This document shows, in pieces, positions 18,519 through 25,752 of a stretch of 64,000 nucleotides of DNA. The DNA is taken from positions 15,912 through 79,911 of the forward strand of contig CAZTXG010000002.1 in assembly GCA_964617335.1 (NCBI GenBank). Reading direction: 5' to 3'. This DNA comes from an uncultured Oscillospiraceae bacterium (GTDB lineage: Bacteria; Bacillota; Clostridia; Oscillospirales; Oscillospiraceae). The position numbers and the translations under genes were made by a program. The notes beneath the pieces were generated by a model. The model was not told the DNA's origin and did no database searches. It saw only the letters and a program-made list of their open reading frames with translations. Positions within the stretch are counted from its first letter, which is position 1; each line of letters begins with the position of its first letter.

Positions 18519-19844
18519 ATGGCTAAACCTAAACAGAACTTTGACCCGACAAAGCCGGTTAATATGATAGAGCTTACCTGTGAGCAGGTTGACAGTATTT
18601 ATCAGCATATGCTTTCAAAGGGTATGCCCGAAATCATGTGGACCGTTGAAATTCAGAAGTTCACATGGGAAGAAGTCCGTGACGCTGCGAAAAACGGCAA
18701 AAAGCTTGTTGCCTTTGGCGGTCCGGTTCCCGTTACCATCATCCGTGCTTTTGACTGCGTTCCTTTCTTCCTTGATACTATCCCCACCCGTATCGCTTCC
18801 ATGGAAGACCTCTGCGGACGCTTTATTGACGAAACTGAAAAGTTTGCTCCCCAGAGTATGTGCGCTATCGACAAGGCACAGCTTGGTGTTATGCTCAAGG
18901 GCGAACTTGGCGTTAAGGTAGACGCCTTTGTTCACGCCACCGTCCCCTGCGACTCTGCCCGTATTGCCTATCCCCTTATGGAGCGTCTTATGGACTGCCC
19001 CAGCTACACCTTTGACTGCCCCTTCCGTCATGACGACAAGGGCTTTAAGTATGTAGCAGACCAGATTGAAGCCTTCATCCCCTTCATGGAAGAGCTTACC
19101 GGTCTTAAATGGGACGACGAGCGCAAGGCGAAGTTTAAACAGATAAACGAAGAGTCCAACAAGGCTTATGAGCTGCTTATCCAGCTTGCCGAGCTCCGCA
19201 AGAAAAAGCCCTGCGTACTTCCCGGACGTATGCTCGTTCTTAACGAGATTATCGCTCCTCTTGCTGGAACCCCTGAAGTTACCGAAATGCTCCAGACTCA
19301 GCTTGACATGGGCAATATGCTTGCCGACATGGGAATGACCGCCACAAGATGCCCCGAGGAGCGTTATCGTGTATGTCTCATGCAGAATATGCTCTGGTCA
19401 AACACCGGCATCATGGACTGGATGGAAAAGACCTATGGCGCTATCACCGTTATGGACGGCTTCGGATATCAAGACGGCGTAATTATTCAGGATCTCGACA
19501 ACTGGGAAGCTGTTAAGTATCAGACCGCTAAGTCTATGCTTCTTGTTCCCATGATTCACGGTGCCACCGGCCCCACTGAATACTGGCTCAAGGTCATCGA
19601 TAAGATGTACGAGGAGTTCGGCGTAAACGTATCCATCTTCATGGGTCACGTTGGCTGCAAGCACACTTGGGCATCGGGCAAAATCGTCACCGACTACATC
19701 CAGGAAAAGTATGGTTTACCCACCCTGTATGTGGACGTCGACGCAATCGACCCCCGCTACAAGTCAAACGACGAGCTGCGTGCGCAGATCGGCGAATACA
19801 TGGAATCCGTTGTGGGAGCACATAACTTCACAAAGGAAGCCTAA
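18519..19844 (+). CDS. BCR / 2-hydroxyacyl-CoA-dehydratase family, large catalytic subunit, module 3
   Basis: 441 aa paralog of 10681 and 13489 (MCAIDK, VPCDSAR, KPCVLPG, GHVGCKHTW). AAGGAGG RBS. Confidence 0.85.
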   Translation: MAKPKQNFDPTKPVNMIELTCEQVDSIYQHMLSKGMPEIMWTVEIQKFTWEEVRDAAKNGKKLVAFGGPVPVTIIRAFDCVPFFLDTIPTRIASMEDLCGRFIDETEKFAPQSMCAIDKAQLGVMLKGELGVKVDAFVHATVPCDSARIAYPLMERLMDCPSYTFDCPFRHDDKGFKYVADQIEAFIPFMEELTGLKWDDERKAKFKQINEESNKAYELLIQLAELRKKKPCVLPGRMLVLNEIIAPLAGTPEVTEMLQTQLDMGNMLADMGMTATRCPEERYRVCLMQNMLWSNTGIMDWMEKTYGAITVMDGFGYQDGVIIQDLDNWEAVKYQTAKSMLLVPMIHGATGPTEYWLKVIDKMYEEFGVNVSIFMGHVGCKHTWASGKIVTDYIQEKYGLPTLYVDVDAIDPRYKSNDELRAQIGEYMESVVGAHNFTKEA

Positions 19845-19868
19845 GCACCTTAAACTAAAAGAAAAATG

Positions 19869-19902
19869 CCGTGACCGCGGGAAATTAATTCTGCGGTCAC
19901 GG
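19869..19902 (+). other. 10-bp stem-loop between module 3 and the CooC-like gene
   Basis: CCGTGACCGC (19869-19878) pairs with GCGGTCACGG (19893-19902) across a 14-nt loop. No U-tract follows, so it is probably a processing or stability element rather than a terminator. Confidence 0.3.
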
Positions 19903-19944
19903 TACATAGAAAACAACCTTTTTTAGAAAAGCGAGGGACCAAAA

Positions 19945-20706
19945 ATGGAAAAAATTAAAACTATAGCTGTCACAGGAAAAGGCGGAACCGGAAAAACCGT
20001 TGTATCCACCCTTCTTATCCGCGCTTTAAGCGAGCGCTTCCCGGGCAAGGTTCTCGCGATTGACGCGGACTCGGCTATGAGCCTGTGCTACACCACCGGA
20101 CTTAAGGTTGAAAAAACCGTAAGTAATCTCCGCACCGAACTTTTGGGTTCACGGCATGCCCGCGAGCAGCTTGATGCCGGCCCCACAAAAAACCTTATGC
20201 GCGGCATACTTGCCCATGGTGACGGCTTTGACCTTCTGACCATGGGAAGGCCTGAGGAGCCGGGCTGCTTCTGCGCCTGCAACGAGCTTCTCCGCTACGG
20301 AATTGACACCCTTATAGAGGACTATGACTATTGCATAGTTGACGGCGAAGCCGGCCCCGAACAGCTCAATCGCCGGGTTATGAAAAGTGTTGACCTGCTG
20401 CTGGTTATGGCGGATATGTCCGCTAGAAGCCTTCAGACTGCTGCAGGCATACTTGAAGTCGCCAAGGGCGGCGAAAACAACATAGACGTTAAGCAGGCAG
20501 GCCTTGTATTAAACCGCGTTCGCGGCGACGAGCCGAAGGATGAGCTTTTGAAAAAGGTTGGCCTTGAAGTATTGGCAGAGCTGCCTGAGGATGCCCTTGT
20601 CAACAAATATGACCGTGACAGCACTTCTCTCTTTGAGCTGCCCATGGATAGTGCCTGCCCCACAGCCATCCGTGAAATGCTGAAAAAGCTGATACCTGAG
20701 TTTTAA
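19945..20706 (+). CDS. CooC/AcsF-type MinD-family P-loop ATPase (metallocentre maturation factor-like)
   Basis: 253 aa. Deviant Walker A with signature Lys (TGKGGTGKTVVS). CxC-containing motif EEPGCFCACNELL, as in CooC nickel-insertion ATPases. Confidence 0.7.
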   Translation: MEKIKTIAVTGKGGTGKTVVSTLLIRALSERFPGKVLAIDADSAMSLCYTTGLKVEKTVSNLRTELLGSRHAREQLDAGPTKNLMRGILAHGDGFDLLTMGRPEEPGCFCACNELLRYGIDTLIEDYDYCIVDGEAGPEQLNRRVMKSVDLLLVMADMSARSLQTAAGILEVAKGGENNIDVKQAGLVLNRVRGDEPKDELLKKVGLEVLAELPEDALVNKYDRDSTSLFELPMDSACPTAIREMLKKLIPEF

Positions 20707-20730
20707 GCTGTACAATTAAGGAGTAAGCAC

Positions 20731-21081
20731 ATGAGCAAGACAGCGGCGCAAGGCGCACAGGAAAACCACAACCATTCCCGGGTCACGATTCACAGCCACG
20801 GCGAAAATGGGGTTCCCCATGTCCACACCAACAAAAAGGCGGTGCTGGGCCGTCTCGCTAAGGCGAGGGGGCATCTTGATTCCGTTATGACCATGATAGA
20901 AAACGACAGGGATTGCGCTGAGGTTTTAGTGCAAATTGCAGCCGTCCGGTCAGCGATAAATAATGCCGGCAAGGTTATTTTGCAGGACCATATCGCGGAA
21001 TGTGTCATAGAAGCGGTTTCCTGCGGTGACTATGAAAAAATAGAGGACCTTAACAAGGCAATAGAACGATTTATGAAGTAA
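20731..21081 (+). CDS. CsoR/RcnR-family (DUF156) metal-sensing transcriptional repressor with a His-rich N-terminal extension
   Basis: 116 aa. Core is KKAVLGRLAKARGHLDSVMTMIEN. Cys-25 residues-His-3 residues-Cys arrangement (DRDC...QDHIAEC), as in the x-C-H-C CsoR fingerprint. N-terminus is ENHNHSRVTIHSHGENGVPHVH. Confidence 0.8.
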   Translation: MSKTAAQGAQENHNHSRVTIHSHGENGVPHVHTNKKAVLGRLAKARGHLDSVMTMIENDRDCAEVLVQIAAVRSAINNAGKVILQDHIAECVIEAVSCGDYEKIEDLNKAIERFMK

Positions 21082-21107
21082 AAAAGCATAAAGCAAATAA
21101 ATAAGGT

Positions 21108-21171
21108 AGGTATACGCGAGGCTGTGATTTGGTCACAACACTCAAAAAGCGTATACCTTCTCTTATTTTTT
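21108..21171 (+). terminator. terminator candidate after the CsoR-like gene
   Basis: AGGTATACGC (21108-21117) pairs with GCGTATACCT (21149-21158). The loop contains an inner hairpin TGTGA/TCACA. A T-run follows at 21165-21171. Confidence 0.5.
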
Positions 21172-21645
21172 GCACAAAATTGTCTGTATGGCCAAGTCTC
21201 GGTTGCAATTATATTAAATTTAGTATAAGATGATAACCATGTTAAATATAATTGAAAAGCAGCTTAAGAAGTGTTATGCTGTGGCATTTAAATCAGGAAA
21301 AATCAATTTGGGTTTTTCCAAAGGGGGAATATATAGGGAAGTATGTAAAAAGTAATAAAGGAAAGTGCCGAAATATTCGAAATTGCATTGAGATTCCCCG
21401 CCATTAATAGCATTTAGCGGTCTCTTCATTGGACATGTTTACGAAATATTTTGCATCTTATCTTATATTATCTACAAACATTGCCCGCAAGTTAAATATC
21501 GATTGCATTTGTTAAATTTTTAGTTTAGAATTAACTGAGTGCAGATATTGACATTTCGACTTCGATTATTTCGAAAAGAGCATTTTCCTCGGGAAAAAGC
21601 GAGAGATTTCACTATCAATATGTATATGGTAAAGGAGTTCAAATT

Positions 21646-23091
21646 ATGGCGAAAAGAAATCTTAGCGGTGACTGGAAGCAGCACTACAAGGACCATCTCA
21701 TTACCTTGGAGGAAGCTGTTGACAAGCTTGAAGACGGGGACTGTGTATTTTTAGGACAGGCCACCATGAATCCCCTGGCCTTCCTTGATGCTATCTACGA
21801 AAAGAAAGACAAGTTCAAGAACCTCGGTTTCTGGTACAATGTCATGAGCGGCCCCGCAAATATGGTTTTCGATCCTAACGCAAAAGATCATTTCAAGCTT
21901 CGCAGTATCTATCAGCTGCCCATTGAGCGTATGGCTATCGACGAAGGCTCTATTCAGGTTCTCGGCTCCGGCTACGACCAGTACGAATACAGTATGTGGG
22001 AAAACGGCGTTAACACCACCGCCCTCACCTACTGCCCTCCCGATGAAAACGGCTGGTGCAACTGCGGCTGCTATGGCGTCTGCACAAACAACACCATCTC
22101 CCGCGACCCCCGCGTGGTGAAAAAGTTTGCTTTTATTGACAAGACCGGTGTTTATCCCGCTCCTGGTCCGGAAGAGGAAATAAGCGTTCACATTACCGAC
22201 TTTGACTACATAATCGAGCTTGACACAGAAATGCTTGAGATTCCTTCTCCTCTGCCCACACCGGTTGATGAGAAAATCGGCTCATACATCATTCCCTACC
22301 TCAGAAACGGTGACAAGATTCAAATCGGCTACGGCGGTCTTGGTGAAATTATAATCAAGTCCCTTAACGATTTCTCCGGCACCTTCGAAATATTCTCCGA
22401 GGTACTTTGTGACAACATGGTTCCCATGGTTGAATCCGGCAAGGTTACGGCCCTTTATGCTTCCAGCCCCGGCGGCTGCAGTGAGGCAACCTTTAAATGG
22501 CTTGCAACCACCGACAAAGACGTTCGTCTTTATCCGAGAACCCTCTGCATAGATCCTCTTGGAGTTATGGAGCAGGAGAACATGGTTGCCATTAACTCCA
22601 CCTTTATGTGCGACCTTCTCGGTCAGTGCTGCTCTGAAGCTCAGGGCCTGCGCCCCTACACCGGCATGGGCGGCTCTTTGGCATACATCTACGGCTCACA
22701 GCGTTGTAAGGGCGGCCGCAGCTTCATCTGCCTGCGCTCCACATATAAGGACGCAAACGGCGAAAGACAGTCCAACGTTCAGCCCTGGCTGCCCGAAGGC
22801 AGCATAGTCTCCATGCTGAAAAACTATGTTATGTTCCTGGTTTCCGAATGGGGCGTAGCAGACGTTTACCTCAAGACCTATCCCGAGAGAATCAAGGCCA
22901 TCATCAAGATTGCCCATCCGGACTTCCGCGAGTGGCTGAAAGAAAAGATTCTCACCACACCTCTTATTGACGAAAAGGATTTAGTAGGCTACGATATGTT
23001 TGACGAAAAAATACCCGAGCCCAGACAGCCGGCAACCTGCGTTCCCTTCAGACAGTATGAGTTCCCCATCCGTGATGACATGGAAAAATAA
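21646..23091 (+). CDS. acetyl-CoA hydrolase/transferase-family (family I) CoA-transferase, 4-hydroxybutyrate CoA-transferase (Cat2/AbfT)-like
   Basis: 481 aa. The N-terminus (ITLEEAVDKLEDGDCVFLG), a PPDENGW block, a candidate catalytic Glu in FSEVLCDN, a GMGG motif and the C-terminal IAHPDFREWLKEK all align by eye with my recollection of AbfT. Confidence 0.8.
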   Translation: MAKRNLSGDWKQHYKDHLITLEEAVDKLEDGDCVFLGQATMNPLAFLDAIYEKKDKFKNLGFWYNVMSGPANMVFDPNAKDHFKLRSIYQLPIERMAIDEGSIQVLGSGYDQYEYSMWENGVNTTALTYCPPDENGWCNCGCYGVCTNNTISRDPRVVKKFAFIDKTGVYPAPGPEEEISVHITDFDYIIELDTEMLEIPSPLPTPVDEKIGSYIIPYLRNGDKIQIGYGGLGEIIIKSLNDFSGTFEIFSEVLCDNMVPMVESGKVTALYASSPGGCSEATFKWLATTDKDVRLYPRTLCIDPLGVMEQENMVAINSTFMCDLLGQCCSEAQGLRPYTGMGGSLAYIYGSQRCKGGRSFICLRSTYKDANGERQSNVQPWLPEGSIVSMLKNYVMFLVSEWGVADVYLKTYPERIKAIIKIAHPDFREWLKEKILTTPLIDEKDLVGYDMFDEKIPEPRQPATCVPFRQYEFPIRDDMEK

Positions 23092-23103
23092 GCTTAAATC
23101 TAG

Positions 23104-23134
23104 AAACCGCGGCGAAGTTTTTCGCCGCGGTTTT
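23104..23134 (+). terminator. rho-independent terminator after the CoA-transferase
   Basis: AACCGCGGCGAA-gttt-TTCGCCGCGGTT, followed by TTTT. Confidence 0.8.
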
Positions 23135-23185
23135 ACTGTTTTTGAGTAATTTTATAAATAATCTCAGATTCTCTGCCTAAGCTTA

Positions 23186-23214
23186 TTGAAAACCTCGCTT
23201 ATAATTGATACAAT
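23186..23214 (+). promoter_or_regulatory. sigma-70-type promoter for nadBC
   Basis: TTGAAA (23186-23191), 17-nt spacer, TACAAT (23209-23214). Confidence 0.5.
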
Positions 23215-23247
23215 AAACAACAAAGTCTTTTGAGAGGCGTTAGCAAA

Positions 23248-24789
23248 ATGAAATATGTATCAAACGGGTTTCCGGATAATATAGAGCATATAAGCTTTGA
23301 TGTGATAATAATCGGCGCCGGTATAGCAGGACTATACACGGCCCTTCATATCGACGAGAGGTACTCTTGCTGCATTCTAAGCAAGGGCAATGTGGACCTT
23401 AGCAACTCCTGGCTTGCTCAGGGGGGGATTGCTGCCGCCATAGCCATGGACGACCGGCCTAAATATCACTATGAAGACACCTTCACGGCAGGTGCCGGCA
23501 TATGCGACAATGCTGCCGTTAGTGTCTTGGTTTCGGAAGGGCCTTCAGACGTAAAAAGGCTTGTCGAAATGCGGGTTCCCTTCGACCTTGACGGGGAGGG
23601 GGATCTTGACATTACCCGAGAGGGGGGGCACCGACGCCGCCGTGTTGTCCACGCAGGGGGCGACGCTACAGGGCGTGAAACGGTGAAGGCTCTGGAGCAT
23701 ATTGCCTCCCAGAGAAAAAATGTAACCTTCATGGCAGACAGCTTTTTAACGGATATATTAACAGATTCAAATGGAGCTGTTACCGGCTGCGCTGTTTTAG
23801 ATAAAGATGATGTTTTAAAAATACTGGACTCCGGAAGCGTGGTTATAGCAACCGGCGGCATAGGTCAGGTTTATAAGGTCAGCACAAACCCCGCTGTGGC
23901 CACAGGGGACGGATTAGCTGCAGCCATGCGTGTCGGAGCAAAGCTTAAAGATATGGAGTTTATCCAGTTTCACCCCACGGGCCTATGGACAAGTAAGGAC
24001 GAAAACCGTGCCTTTCTCATATCCGAGGCAGTGCGGGGGGAAGGCGGTCTTCTCAAAAATGCCGCGGGAGAGCGCTTTATGCTGGGTCAACACGAATTGG
24101 CAGAGCTTGCACCCAGAGACATTGTCGCCCGTGCCATAACAGAGGAAATGAAAAGACGGGGTGAGGACCATGTGTTTGTGGATATAACTGAAAAGTCCTC
24201 GGAATACCTTCAAAAAAGGTTCCCCACCATATATAATGAATGCCTAAGCCGCGGCATAGACATATCGAAAGACTGGATACCTGTCTGCCCTGTTCAGCAC
24301 TATCTCATTGGGGGCATACAGACGAATCTTCACGCTAAAACCAATGTCAGCGGCCTTTATGCCTGCGGCGAGGCAGCCTCCACAGGTGTTCATGGGGCAA
24401 ACCGCCTGGCCTCAAATTCCATGCTGGAATGTTTGGTTTTCGGCAGGCGTGCGGCCGAGCATATAAACGCAAGGCTGGCAGAGCCTTCAGAAAGCCTGCC
24501 TTCAAAGCTTAGCCATATAGAACCTCGGCCCATAAAAGAGTGGGACCTTGCCCCTTTGCGCTCTGAAATTCAGCAGCTTATGAATGATAATTGCTTTGTC
24601 AGCCGCAGGGAAAAAGATATGAAAAAAGCTCTGAGCAGGGTTTCGGAAATAAGACAGGAGCTTGAGCAGGGCTATTGTGAGGGCAGGGAATACATTGAAA
24701 CCCTGAACATCTCTTTAGTTGCCGAGAGGATTTTACTTTCAGCCATAGAGAGAAAAGACAGTGTTGGGGCCCATTACAGGGAGGATTGA
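23248..24789 (+). CDS. nadB: L-aspartate oxidase
   Basis: ATG at 23248; the ORF track begins at a TTG at 23230. FAD-binding motif FDVIIIGAGIAGL. Fumarate-reductase/succinate-dehydrogenase flavoprotein-like core (HPTG, RGEGG, GLYACGE...GVHGANRLASNS). Confidence 0.9.
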   Translation: MKYVSNGFPDNIEHISFDVIIIGAGIAGLYTALHIDERYSCCILSKGNVDLSNSWLAQGGIAAAIAMDDRPKYHYEDTFTAGAGICDNAAVSVLVSEGPSDVKRLVEMRVPFDLDGEGDLDITREGGHRRRRVVHAGGDATGRETVKALEHIASQRKNVTFMADSFLTDILTDSNGAVTGCAVLDKDDVLKILDSGSVVIATGGIGQVYKVSTNPAVATGDGLAAAMRVGAKLKDMEFIQFHPTGLWTSKDENRAFLISEAVRGEGGLLKNAAGERFMLGQHELAELAPRDIVARAITEEMKRRGEDHVFVDITEKSSEYLQKRFPTIYNECLSRGIDISKDWIPVCPVQHYLIGGIQTNLHAKTNVSGLYACGEAASTGVHGANRLASNSMLECLVFGRRAAEHINARLAEPSESLPSKLSHIEPRPIKEWDLAPLRSEIQQLMNDNCFVSRREKDMKKALSRVSEIRQELEQGYCEGREYIETLNISLVAERILLSAIERKDSVGAHYRED

Positions 24790-24793
24790 GCAT

Positions 24794-25621
24794 ATGGACT
24801 TTATAGGACTTGACGAAATTCTTTTAAATGCCCTTCGTGAGGATATAGGCACAGGAGATTTGACAACCATTTCCTGCATTCCGGCAGAAAACCGCTCCGA
24901 AGGTGTTTTCATTGCGAAAGAAGACGGGGTTTTGTGCGGTCTTGAAATTGCCGCCAGGGTCTTTGCTCTTGTGGACAAAGACATAAGCCTCGCCCTTTTG
25001 AAAAAAGACGGAGACAAGGTGAGTAAGGGAGAAGTTTTCGCCGAAATATCAGGCCCATCTCGTGGCATACTCACAGGGGAGCGGGTGGCATTAAACCTTA
25101 TGCAGCGCCTTTCCGGCACGGCCACAGCGGCAGAAAAGGCAGCCCAGGCAGTTTCGGGCACAAAGGCCCGAGTGGTTGACACAAGGAAAACAAGCCCCGG
25201 CCTGCGTGTTCTGGAAAAATACGCAGTCAGAACAGGAGGCTGCTATAACCACCGCTTTAATCTGGCAGACGGAGTTTTAATTAAAGATAACCATATAAAA
25301 GCGGCAGGCAGCATTGAAAAGGCAGTTCTAGCCGCAAGAAATGCCGTCCCCCACCTTATGAAAATAGAGGTGGAAACGGAAAACCTTTCTCAGGTACAGC
25401 AGGCTCTTGACGCAGGGGCGGACATTATCATGCTGGATAATATGACAAATGAGCAGATGGCGAAAGCTGTGGAGCTTGTAAACGGACGTGCCATAACCGA
25501 GGCTTCGGGGAATATGGGGGAAAAAGACCTTCACGAGGTGGCAAAAACAGGGGTAGACTTTATATCCATAGGCGCCTTGACCCACAGTGTAAAGGCCATG
25601 GATATTAGCCTTAAGTTTTAG
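24794..25621 (+). CDS. nadC: nicotinate-nucleotide diphosphorylase (quinolinate phosphoribosyltransferase)
   Basis: ATG at 24794 after GGAGGA, 4 nt past the nadB stop. Motifs: LNALREDIGTGDLTT, RVALNLMQRLSG, DTRKTSPGLR, IMLDNM. Confidence 0.9.
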   Translation: MDFIGLDEILLNALREDIGTGDLTTISCIPAENRSEGVFIAKEDGVLCGLEIAARVFALVDKDISLALLKKDGDKVSKGEVFAEISGPSRGILTGERVALNLMQRLSGTATAAEKAAQAVSGTKARVVDTRKTSPGLRVLEKYAVRTGGCYNHRFNLADGVLIKDNHIKAAGSIEKAVLAARNAVPHLMKIEVETENLSQVQQALDAGADIIMLDNMTNEQMAKAVELVNGRAITEASGNMGEKDLHEVAKTGVDFISIGALTHSVKAMDISLKF

Positions 25622-25700
25622 CTGTCTTTTTAAATAGGCAGAAAAAAGCCGGAATGCCGGAGTTTTTAAAAACTAAAGGCTTTCTATAAACACAAGAAAA

Positions 25701-25724
25701 CGGAGCGGCCAAAAGGCCGCTCCG
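25701..25724. terminator. shared terminator hairpin between convergent nadC and hpf
   Basis: CGGAGCGGCC-aaaa-GGCCGCTCCG, a perfect 10-bp stem. The minus-strand reading is followed by TTTTCT. Confidence 0.7.
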
Positions 25725-25752
25725 CATTTATATGTGAAATAAACTTTTAAAA

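Noticed and set aside
21189-21207. TGGCCA-N9-TTGCA upstream of the CoA-transferase as a second sigma-54 promoter.
   Set aside because: The spacing between the GG and GC elements is 14 instead of 11, and the site lies ~440 bp from the start codon.
21229-21354. 41-codon ORF (MITMLNIIEKQLKKCYAVAFKSGKINLGFSKGGIYREVCKK) in the long spacer.
   Set aside because: There is no Shine-Dalgarno sequence, the region is AT-rich so ORFs arise by chance, and no motif is present. It is mentioned only as something ribosome profiling could test.
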